Source: a virus. Taken from it: a stretch of 64,000 nucleotides of DNA. The position numbers and the translations under genes were made by a program. The stretch lies in the IMG/VR virus record IMGVR_UViG_3300034066_002191; one strand, given 5' to 3'. Positions 29,131-36,539 of this stretch are shown piece by piece (position 1 is the first letter of the stretch; the number at the start of each line of letters is the position of its first letter). A model generated the notes under the pieces. The model was not told the DNA's origin, made no database searches, and saw only the letters and a list, made by a program, of their open reading frames with translations.

Positions 29131-31798
29131 TCACCCGATGGTTGGTGCAGTCAAGGCAACAGGAGTGTTGCTAGCAGCAGCAAGATCAAGTGGGAAGTTG
29201 TGAGCATTCCTTGTGTTTTAACCTTTGTCGCCAAAGGGAGCGGACTATATCATCACTCATAAGAGTGTCGGACGCTAGTGGCGTATTACGGATGAAGCGT
29301 CATCCACCGCCTAGTCTCTGAACCTTCCTTACACGCTTGCAAGGCTTGGCTGCTGATTGTCTACGAGAGAGTTCCAGCAATTCATCCGATTTAACGAGCG
29401 CCATGCGTTCACAAAACGCTCGTGCATTACCTCCATTCCTAGTCCTGCTCTTGTCAATACATCAGCCCAAGTGTTAATCACATGACCTTGATTGTCTTGA
29501 ATGGACTGGTTGAAATTAAATCCGTTCAGGTTAAATGCCATAGTACTAACACCAAGGGCAGTAAACCAAATACCAACTACTGGCCAAGCGGCAAGGAAGA
29601 AGTGTAGTGAACGGGAGTTGTTAAAGGACGCATATTGGAAAATAAGTCGTCCGAAGTAACCGTGAGCCAATTATCCAAAAGTTTCCTTAAGGGTTGGACT
29701 ATATCTTCACCTATTAAAGGTGCTGGGCGCTCTTGCCTGTTATTAAGAAGACTGAACTTCTCAGGTAGTCTCTGAACCTTTCCTAGATGTATCTAGGACT
29801 TGGATGCTGATTGCCATATCCATAAAGGACTTAGGTTCCCAGCAGTTCACCCAGTTTAGCGTGACCCGCTCTGTCAAGCCACGATGTTATAAGTCTCTTC
29901 TTCTTGACCGAACTTGTAACCATAATTCTGTGACTCGTTCTCAGTGGTTTCACGAACCAGTGAAGAAGTAACCAGAGAACCGTGCATAGCACTGAACAGA
30001 GAACCACCGAAGACACCAGCAACACCCATCATATGAAAAGGGTGCATAAGAATGTTGTGCTCTGCTTGGAATACAAGCATGTAGTTGAAAGTTCCGCTGA
30101 TACCTAGAGGCATTGCATCACTAAAACTACCTTGACCAAAAGGATAGACCAGGAACACAGCACTCGCAGCAGCAACAGGTGCGCTGTAAGCAACACAGAT
30201 CCAAGGACGCATACCTAGACGGTAGGAGAGTTCCCATTCACGACCCATATAGGCATAGATGCCGATGAGGAAGTGAAATACAACGAGTTGGAAAGGACCA
30301 CCGTTGTAAAGCCATTCATCAAGACTTGCTGCATCCCAAATGTTGTATAGGTGCAGACCAATTGCATTAGAACTTGGTACTACGGCACCACTGATGCCTT
30401 CCATGAAATCCACTCTTCATCTTCATGAGGTACCCAACCTTCTAAAAATGAGGAGACCATAGACCTAAGTGAATAATGGGGAAATCTTGTACTTTTCGCC
30501 CACGCTTTCGCAGTAGGCTTTGGTTTACCAGAAGAAATCCAAATTTCATAAATTTCATCTGCGACCAACCAAGGTTTTATATTTTTACCCTGTTTCCACT
30601 TAGAAACTTTTTTAGCAACTTCGGGATTTTTCATTGGATTACTATCGCCAGATAGTATTGGGAGATTATTAGAGAGAGAAACTAATTTACTTTTCTCCAC
30701 ATTTCTAGTCCAATGATTATCACCAATCGCACCATTCCATTTTTCTGGATTAGTTTTTCTTGGGTGAGTTTTTCCTTTTAAATGTTCCCAATATTGGGGA
30801 TTTTTATGTCTGGCGTGATTTTCGCCAGTTCCCCAACCTTGAGGTTCATTTGATAGATTTAAACAACCATCATTTCCATAGTGCAAAGAGAGCATTTCTC
30901 TTTCAGTTCCTCTAAGATTGGTATCTTCATTAAATATTTCTAGGAATACCCAATCATCAGGATACTTTTTTAGAGAATTATGGAAGTGGTCGTTTCCCTT
31001 AAACTTTCTATGGAATCTTTCTCTTTTTTGAGAGTCATTGCGGTAGAACCCCAATAATAATCACCGTTAGAAAGTCTTAGTGCTAAGTAAGTTATCATGG
31101 AAGTTAGACTATATCTTCATCCTTTATTAATTATATCATAAAGGAGTTGGGCGCTCAAGCCTGTTATTAAGAGGACTGAACCTCTCAGGTAGTCGTTGAA
31201 CCTTTCCAAAGTGTACTTTGGACTTGGCTGCTGATTGGGGTGGTCTTCCCTTTCCAGCAATTCACCCAATTTACTTTTCACGATTACTCGTGAATGACAC
31301 CATCTAGATGTTGTTGCCGTAAAGTAGAGAACCAGCAACTGGTTCACGAATCCCGTCGCATCATCTAACAAACAACCATATCTTTTGACTTAGGTTGCTT
31401 CTGTTGATTAGTCAACAGTAGATGTGTGGACTATATCTTCACCCTTCATAGAAGGAGCTGGGCACTTAAACCTGTTATTAAGAGGACTGAACCTCTCAGG
31501 TAGTCTCTGAACCTTCCTCAAGTGTACTTGAGGCTTGGCTGCTGATTGCCTTTCGGTTTCCAGCAATTCACCCAGTTTCGTCAATACTCTTACGAGTAAG
31601 GGACACCGATTAGTTAATGTCTACGGGAGGTGCTGCAATAAATGCAACAATAAAACAGATAGTTGCCGCAAGAAGGCAAGGAATCATAAGAACTCCGAAC
31701 CAACCAACATACAGCCTATTATCGGTTGAAGTTACCCAGGAACAGAATTGTTCCCAGAGGTTTTCGCCAGAACGGCGTGAAGCGATTGAAGCAGTCAT
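29131..31798 (-). CDS. psbA: Photosystem II D1 protein, five exons: join(31617..31798, 31308..31358, 29877..30396, 29416..29667, 29131..29208)
   Basis: Exons sum to 1083 nt = 360 aa + stop and restore PPVDI|DGIREP, YGNNI|ISG, NIVA|AHGYF and MHER|[10 protein letters not shown]. Confidence 0.96.
29209..29415 (-). mobile_element. Group I intron 4 of psbA (207 nt, no ORF), after Arg334 (standard D1 numbering)
   Basis: Exon ends in U, intron ends in G; P1 ACGAGCGU/GCGCUCGU, P10 GCAU/AUGC; P, Q, R, S elements (AAUUGCUGGAA, AAUCAGCAG, AGAGACUA, AUAUAGUC). Confidence 0.93.
29668..29876 (-). mobile_element. Group I intron 3 of psbA (209 nt, no ORF), after Ala250
   Basis: P1 CGUGGCU/GGUCACG, P10 GAGC/GCUC, terminal G; AGAGACUA and AAGAUAUAGUCC form P7. 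Confidence 0.93.
30380..31098 (-). pseudogene. Intron-encoded GIY-YIG-like homing endonuclease with a frameshift near 31024-31029
   Basis: The ATG 31098 frame gives [24 protein letters not shown]; the -1 frame continues KRERFH...[19 protein letters not shown]...CLN; one extra A gives a 239-aa ORF. Confidence 0.7.
30397..31307 (-). mobile_element. Group I intron 2 of psbA (911 nt), within the Ile77 codon; nuclease ORF in the P9 region
   Basis: P1 ACAU/GUGU, P10 GAUG/CAUC, terminal G at 30397; full P, Q, R, S core lies before the ORF. Confidence 0.92.
31359..31616 (-). mobile_element. Group I intron 1 of psbA (258 nt, no ORF), within the Ile60 codon
   Basis: P1 GACAU/GUGUC, P10 UCG/CGA, terminal G at 31359; P, Q, R, S elements present. 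Confidence 0.92.
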
Positions 31799-31811
31799 TT
31801 TTCGTTAAAGG

Positions 31812-31925
31812 GTAAGTAAAAGTCCAGGGGGAACTGGATGGTTACAGTATGTCCCACACCACCCTCCAGTGTGGGTATGAGAGACTTTGTTTAACCTCCC
31901 CATAGGTCTCGGTTAGGAAGAGGAA
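31812..31925 (-). ncRNA. Structured psbA leader, PhotoRC-II-like RNA motif
   Basis: UAACC/GGUUA and GAGAC/GUCUC interleaved (pseudoknot-like), CCCACAC/GUGUGGG and UCCAG/CUGGA hairpins; location matches PhotoRC-II. Confidence 0.7.
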
Positions 31926-31964
31926 CAACATTAAGAACTTGTTACATTTCTTAACTTGTTGATG

Positions 31965-31998
31965 TATTTATTATAACACTGTCATGATTCCCTGTCAA
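31965..31998 (-). promoter_or_regulatory. psbA tandem early (sigma70) and late promoter
   Basis: TTGACA-N17-TATAAT (31998..31970) overlapping AATAAATA (31972..31965). Confidence 0.8.
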
Positions 31999-32040
31999 TA
32001 GGTACCAATTGACCAACCGTCCACCACAAGAATCTAAATA

Positions 32041-32253
32041 ATGAAAACTGATCCCATATATATGCCAAGGGAATGGAACACTCCCAAGAGAGAACCCTGG
32101 AACGCACCAATACATAATATCCTAAAAGCAATAGATAATCATACTCAAGAGTACTTTAAGAGTGGTGATATTTGGCATCTAGAAAAAGCAGATATGTTGA
32201 GACAATACTTAAGAGAACTTAAGAGTTGGATACATAAATCAGAAGGAAGATGA
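32041..32253 (+). CDS. Conserved cyanophage hypothetical protein
   Basis: MPREWNTP.REPWNAPIH..LKAIDNH; CTAAATA late promoter just upstream. Confidence 0.65.
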   Translation: MKTDPIYMPREWNTPKREPWNAPIHNILKAIDNHTQEYFKSGDIWHLEKADMLRQYLRELKSWIHKSEGR

Positions 32254-32313
32254 AAAAAATTTTTCTTATTGGAATGTTGGTTATAAGACTCATCACCAAC
32301 GAAGGAGTATTCA

Positions 32314-32646
32314 ATGAAGGAAGAAGACCTCAACCAAAAAGACAATTCCCAGAAATCATCAGATTCATCCGAAGACCTGCCAAGCGTGGTAGGAAAAAAG
32401 CACGGTTCATTATTGAATAAACTTATTTTTGTAATCTGTTGTGCTGTAATTGGATTTGTTGGAATCAACTTCATTGCTTGCAATTTTATGGTCCCAGGTA
32501 CAATCAATAGTGCTAATGTAAAAGGAGATCTAAAAAATCCCCCTCCTTTGGACTGCAAAGAATCCGAAAGAAGGGGATACGAAACACTTTTGACAATTTT
32601 AACTACAGTGATTGCATTGAGAACTAAAGTCGAAGATAGCGATTAA
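32314..32646 (+). CDS. Two-TM membrane protein (holin-like candidate)
   Basis: Two hydrophobic segments; convergent with and overlapping the lysozyme stop. Confidence 0.5.
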   Translation: MKEEDLNQKDNSQKSSDSSEDLPSVVGKKHGSLLNKLIFVICCAVIGFVGINFIACNFMVPGTINSANVKGDLKNPPPLDCKESERRGYETLLTILTTVIALRTKVEDSD

Positions 32647-33128
32647 GACATCCAGAGTTTTCCTTCCGCAGTTCTTCTTCTTGCCAATCCAACTTCAACT
32701 TTAGTTCCAGGATTACGATAAAGATAAAGAGCATCAGGTACTTTATCCCATTCTTTATTCTCCAGAACTCTGGTTATAGTATTAAAATTAGAAGATCCGT
32801 AGAAGCGAGCACCCAAATTATAACTAAAACTCAAAAGTGCTCCTTGTTGATTTTCATTCATTTCACTCCAATGTGGGATTCTTTGTAAGTGCGGAAGAAA
32901 TCTTTGTTCAATATCAAAGATTAAAAGTTTATCGGCATACTCTTGAGTAATTTTTTTTCCTATCTTAAATGGTTGTCCATTAAAATCTTTAGTGCTTCCC
33001 CATCCAATAGTAATTGGCAATCCTCCCGTTAATGGGTCTGGATAAGCGTTTAAATGACAACCCTCAAACTCCTTTATTAATTCAATACCAACTAACGAAA
33101 CATTATTAGGGTTAGTTGGCGTTTCTAC
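32643..33128 (-). CDS. GH24 lysozyme domain, probably expressed as a -1 frameshift fusion with the upstream gene
   Basis: LIKEFEG..L.AYPDP..G.LPITIGWG (E-D-T triad), ALLSFSYNLG, GLARRRTAE; first in-frame ATG is downstream of the catalytic residues. Confidence 0.88.
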   Translation of the reverse strand, partial: VETPTNPNNVSLVGIELIKEFEGCHLNAYPDPLTGGLPITIGWGSTKDFNGQPFKIGKKITQEYADKLLIFDIEQRFLPHLQRIPHWSEMNENQQGALLSFSYNLGARFYGSSNFNTITRVLENKEWDKVPDALYLYRNPGTKVEVGLARRRTAEGKLWMS

Positions 33129-33157
33129 TTTTTTGCATCGAAAATTCTTCCCCACCC
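33087..33157 (-). promoter_or_regulatory. Programmed -1 ribosomal frameshift signal
   Basis: GGGUGGGGAAG, 12 nt, in-phase A_AAA_AAG (33134..33128), UAG, 7-nt spacer, stem GCCAACUAAC/GUUAGUUGGU. Confidence 0.8.
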
Positions 33158-33823
33158 ATCATTACCTTTTGGAACCCACCTACGAGAAAGATCAGTTCTC
33201 TTATAGACAGCACCCTTACCATTAGTTACTGCACCAGTATAACCATCATTCAAACTCCCAAATGGATCATTAACAACATAATCACCACTAGGTGTTTTAC
33301 CAATCACAACTACCATGTGTCCTCCTGTGGGGTTAGATATAGGACCGCGATGAAGAATGCCAATAACAACAGGTCTATCAGCGGCAAGCTCTCTATCAAG
33401 ATCAGCAAAAGTAAGGCTGTAGGAAAAACTGGATTTAATGCCATATGACGCAAGAACCTTAGTCTGAACCAAGTGATCAGTGGTGTCACCGATTGAGAAA
33501 ACTTTTTGTACATAGGCATCGTCGCCTTTATCTCCTTTTAGTGTACCAGGTTTGAAATACTCAAGGCACATCGCACAGGCAGAAGAGTTGCAAGTTCTAT
33601 TTGCATCTCTATAGTTATCTGTCTGTGGATAGAAAGGAACAGGTAAAATTGATGATTTAGGTTTGTCTTCTTTAGTTCTAAAAATTCTCACCCAATTTGC
33701 ATTATCTTGTATCAACTCTTGTGCTTTCAGTTGCAAATCTTTTTCAAGTTGTTCAACCGCTGCAACATGCTTTGGATTTTTTTCATCATAAAACTTAAAA
33801 AAGTTATGAAGATCTATAAGCAT
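33125..33823 (-). CDS. Peptidase C39-like (papain-fold) protein
   Basis: VPFYPQTDN.....RTCNSSACAM, GGHMVVVIG, VVNDPFG (Q/C/H/D). Confidence 0.85.
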   Translation of the reverse strand: MLIDLHNFFKFYDEKNPKHVAAVEQLEKDLQLKAQELIQDNANWVRIFRTKEDKPKSSILPVPFYPQTDNYRDANRTCNSSACAMCLEYFKPGTLKGDKGDDAYVQKVFSIGDTTDHLVQTKVLASYGIKSSFSYSLTFADLDRELAADRPVVIGILHRGPISNPTGGHMVVVIGKTPSGDYVVNDPFGSLNDGYTGAVTNGKGAVYKRTDLSRRWVPKGNDGWGRIFDAKK

Positions 33824-33824
33824 T

Positions 33825-33983
33825 TTAATACCTAAACTCGTCTAATCTATCTAGCAATTCATTTAAGTGTCTATTCGCTAATGCCTTTGGATCACTTGTG
33901 TAATATGATTCAGATAAAAGTTTGTGTTTTTGCTTCAATATTAGAACTTTAATCTCATCTTTTGTTATTTGATTTCTTGGCAT
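33825..33983 (-). CDS. Small hypothetical protein (52 aa)
   Basis: MPRNQITKDEIKV...LANRHLNELLDRLDEFRY; ends 1 nt before the C39 start. Confidence 0.6.
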   Translation of the reverse strand: MPRNQITKDEIKVLILKQKHKLLSESYYTSDPKALANRHLNELLDRLDEFRY

Positions 33984-33986
33984 AAA

Positions 33987-34019
33987 CAAAAAAACTCCGC
34001 TTCTTATTTAGAAGCGGAG
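33987..34019 (-). terminator. Terminator of the hli/petF operon with a late-promoter-like CTAAATA in its loop
   Basis: CTCCGCTTC-taaataa-GAAGCGGAG followed by a U-run. Confidence 0.8.
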
Positions 34020-34044
34020 CTTAAAAGTATATAAAGTTTTATTA

Positions 34045-34164
34045 TCAGAATACGCCTGGAATTAGTTGACCTGTGGTGAGATAAGTACCAACAGCAACCA
34101 CAAATGCCAGCATACTTAGCCTTCCGTTAATTAATTCTGCCTGTTCAGTCCATCCGAATTTCAT
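34045..34164 (-). CDS. hli: High-light-inducible protein (39 aa, missed by ORF track)
   Basis: [22 protein letters not shown]...TGQLIPGVF; AExxNGRxxM and TGQxxPGxF motifs. Confidence 0.92.
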   Translation of the reverse strand: MKFGWTEQAELINGRLSMLAFVVAVGTYLTTGQLIPGVF

Positions 34165-34322
34165 TTTTGATTCCTCCGTGTTGTGTTTTGAATTACGATA
34201 AATTTATCTTTGGGTAAAGTGCCTGCGACACAAACTTTGAGTTCATCATCGTTAGCCCAGGCACCAGATTCAACAAGTTCTTGGAGTGCAACTCCAAGTT
34301 GTCCTAGCATATCAGCACTCAC
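34161..34322 (-). CDS. Small hypothetical protein (53 aa)
   Basis: GTGA/ATGA-coupled between petF and hli. Confidence 0.55.
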   Translation of the reverse strand: MSADMLGQLGVALQELVESGAWANDDELKVCVAGTLPKDKFIVIQNTTRRNQK

Positions 34323-34609
34323 AGATTTTCTTCCTGTTCAGTGAGAATCACACAGTCACTAGTTGGATATGCTGTGCAAGTGAGAATAAACCCACCAGCA
34401 AGCTGATCATCATCAAGAAAGGTTTGATCTTCATTATCTACTGTACCAGAAATAAGTTTACCAGTACAAGCAGAACAAGCACCAGCACGACAGGAAGAAG
34501 GCAGATCGATTTCTGATGCTTCAGCAGCGTCTAGAATATATTGATCTTCAGGACACTCAAAAGTAGTCTCAGTGCCGTCAGGAGATTGTAGAGTAATAGT
34601 ATAATTCAT
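34319..34609 (-). CDS. petF: Plant-type [2Fe-2S] ferredoxin
   Basis: [13 protein letters not shown]...[11 protein letters not shown]. Confidence 0.96.
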   Translation of the reverse strand: MNYTITLQSPDGTETTFECPEDQYILDAAEASEIDLPSSCRAGACSACTGKLISGTVDNEDQTFLDDDQLAGGFILTCTAYPTSDCVILTEQEENL

Positions 34610-34695
34610 TCGTAAGTTTTTGATAGTTGATTTACAGAGTGTGCTAGTAGTACAAAGAATGCAATACTAGTTACGGTAAAGATAACTTCAGTCAT
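34606..34695 (-). CDS. Single-TM micro-protein (29 aa)
   Basis: [29 protein letters not shown]; exactly bridges the hli stop (TGATG) and petF start (ATGA). Confidence 0.6.
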   Translation of the reverse strand: MTEVIFTVTSIAFFVLLAHSVNQLSKTYE

Positions 34696-34904
34696 CAAAA
34701 GATACCAAAGAAAAGTTTGCCAGTGAGAGCATAAGAGATGATACCAGAAACGACACCAATCATTGCCCAACGAGAATTCGCTTTTTCTGCCTTCACAGCA
34801 TAAGGTTCAAACCCATAACGCTCAATATCTTCTTGGGACATCCACATTGTTGGTTCTTTGGCAAACATATTCATTTGGCCAAATTCATTTTTTGTAACGG
34901 TCAT
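34695..34904 (-). CDS. hli: High-light-inducible protein
   Basis: GQMNMFAKEP, AEKANSRWAMIG, TGKLFFGIF. Confidence 0.9.
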   Translation of the reverse strand: MTVTKNEFGQMNMFAKEPTMWMSQEDIERYGFEPYAVKAEKANSRWAMIGVVSGIISYALTGKLFFGIF

Positions 34905-34931
34905 TTATTTTTTGTAAAGTTTTACAACAGA

Positions 34932-34960
34932 ATTATATAGGAAGGTGGGGGACATGTCAA
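34932..34960 (-). promoter_or_regulatory. Sigma70 promoter of the hli-petF operon
   Basis: TTGACA-N17-TATAAT. Confidence 0.8.
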
Positions 34961-34978
34961 GCCCCCCATGTCACGAGA

Positions 34979-36445
34979 TCAGAACTTGAAGGTCGTCTGG
35001 ATTACGCCACCCCAGTTGGAATCGTTGTTAGCAAGACGCTGATTGTCACTACCGTAAATGATAGCAGGAGTAATGCTGATGTTATCGGACACTTGATACT
35101 TATAGAAGATTTCAAGAAGAGTGGACTTCTCAAGGTTCTCACCAGTAGGAGCTTGACCGATAGCAACACCAGCAGAGTTGCCATCAACAAACACATCATC
35201 CCAAGTTAGACCAGCAAACCAGGACTGACTATTGGTAGCATCACTTTGGGTGCCACTTACAGTGTTCCAACCATAACCTGCGGAGATGGAAGGTGCCCAA
35301 CCAGATTGGGTGGGTTCCCAGTATGCGTTGATGGCATAACCGTTAGAAGTTTGACCAGGAACCAGAGTACCTGATGCGCCGTTCAGACCATTGTAGGTAC
35401 GAACACGGGTGCCTTCAGTACCATAACGATAACCGAAAGCAGCGCCCCAGTTGGTGCCACGATAACCAATCTGTGCCAGAGTGTTTAGAGCGCCAGAACG
35501 ATCAAACTCACCAGTGGAACTATCGCTGCCGTTTTGTGCAACATAGTTTACACCAGCAACAAGACCTGTCTTCTTACCATATTGGATACCGAAACCAGAA
35601 CCAACTGCTTTGTTATAAACACCAGGAGCACCTGCTACTTGGAAGAAGTCAAGGATCTTAGATTCATATGCTGAAGGAACCCAAGCAATTTCAGTGTTGC
35701 GAACAAGAGCACCGGCAGTGATAGTTGTGGTGTTATTGAATGCAGGGAATGAATAGTACAGACGGTCAATAACTACATTGTTACCAACTTCACTGGAAGT
35801 GTTGTCTGCTTTATCCAGTTTGAAAATTGAAGAACTTGAACCAAAAGGATTGCTGCTGAAGTTAGCAGAACGCAGACGAGTGCGAAGCAGATCCTTACCA
35901 GTGAATGAAGTATCCAGGTTCAGACGCAGATCATAGTTAAATGCAGTGTGGGCAATATCACCATCTTTAGTTTTGTAATCATCAACACCACCGATTACGA
36001 AGTTTGCTTCACCACGAAGTTTAGTAGTGGTAGAGAACTGTTGTGCTTCAAGTGTAGTGACTTGTGCTTCCAGTTTGTCTACACGACCACGAAGAACAGC
36101 AAGTTCTTGTGCGAATTCTGCCTGAAGTCGCTTCAGTTCATCAGTAACTTCAGTCACACGATCCAGACATGCATTCAGAAGTGCTGCTGCCTCATAGCGA
36201 GTCATTGCACGACCACCACCAAAGGTTCCATTGGGATAACCAGCAACGCAACCATAACGCTCTACAAGGTTGCTGAGTGCCTGATATGCCCAATCGGTAG
36301 GACGAACATCAGAGAATTGAGTGATGCTAGTGACCTGGTCTTGTGAATATTGATTTACTCCAGATGTGAGGTCAGCAGCCATCGCTGCAGGAGCAACAAT
36401 ACCTAAAGCAACAGGTGCAAGCATCAGTTGTTGAAAAAATTTCAT
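34979..36445 (-). CDS. Cyanobacterial outer-membrane porin (SomA/SomB-like; SLH + OprB-type barrel)
   Basis: Signal peptide, QVTSITQFSDVRPTDWAYQAL..LVERYGC.AGYP, QQFSTTTKL, terminal TTFKF; start placed at MKFFQQ. Confidence 0.92.
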   Translation of the reverse strand: MKFFQQLMLAPVALGIVAPAAMAADLTSGVNQYSQDQVTSITQFSDVRPTDWAYQALSNLVERYGCVAGYPNGTFGGGRAMTRYEAAALLNACLDRVTEVTDELKRLQAEFAQELAVLRGRVDKLEAQVTTLEAQQFSTTTKLRGEANFVIGGVDDYKTKDGDIAHTAFNYDLRLNLDTSFTGKDLLRTRLRSANFSSNPFGSSSSIFKLDKADNTSSEVGNNVVIDRLYYSFPAFNNTTTITAGALVRNTEIAWVPSAYESKILDFFQVAGAPGVYNKAVGSGFGIQYGKKTGLVAGVNYVAQNGSDSSTGEFDRSGALNTLAQIGYRGTNWGAAFGYRYGTEGTRVRTYNGLNGASGTLVPGQTSNGYAINAYWEPTQSGWAPSISAGYGWNTVSGTQSDATNSQSWFAGLTWDDVFVDGNSAGVAIGQAPTGENLEKSTLLEIFYKYQVSDNISITPAIIYGSDNQRLANNDSNWGGVIQTTFKF

Positions 36446-36539
36446 AGAAATGTTTTTGTTTGTTCTATAGGACAAAAGGTTAAGAATTGTAACAGAATTC
36501 CCAACCGAGTATTTATTATAGGACGCTTCCCAAAATTTG

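Noticed and set aside
29329-30413. psbA fragments as separate genes or a pseudogene
   Set aside because: The interruptions are intact group I introns and splicing restores a 360-aa D1
31023-31030. AAAAAAG in the intron nuclease as a canonical -1 frameshift site
   Set aside because: Phased AAA_AAA_G rather than A_AAA_AAG, with no clear stimulatory stem
31117-31371. 84-aa ORF from the track
   Set aside because: Off-frame reading of psbA exon 2 plus the intron 2 ribozyme core
28000-32040. psbD, zwf or cp12 next to psbA, gnd and talC
   Set aside because: No matching ORF found in this window; they may lie elsewhere in the genome
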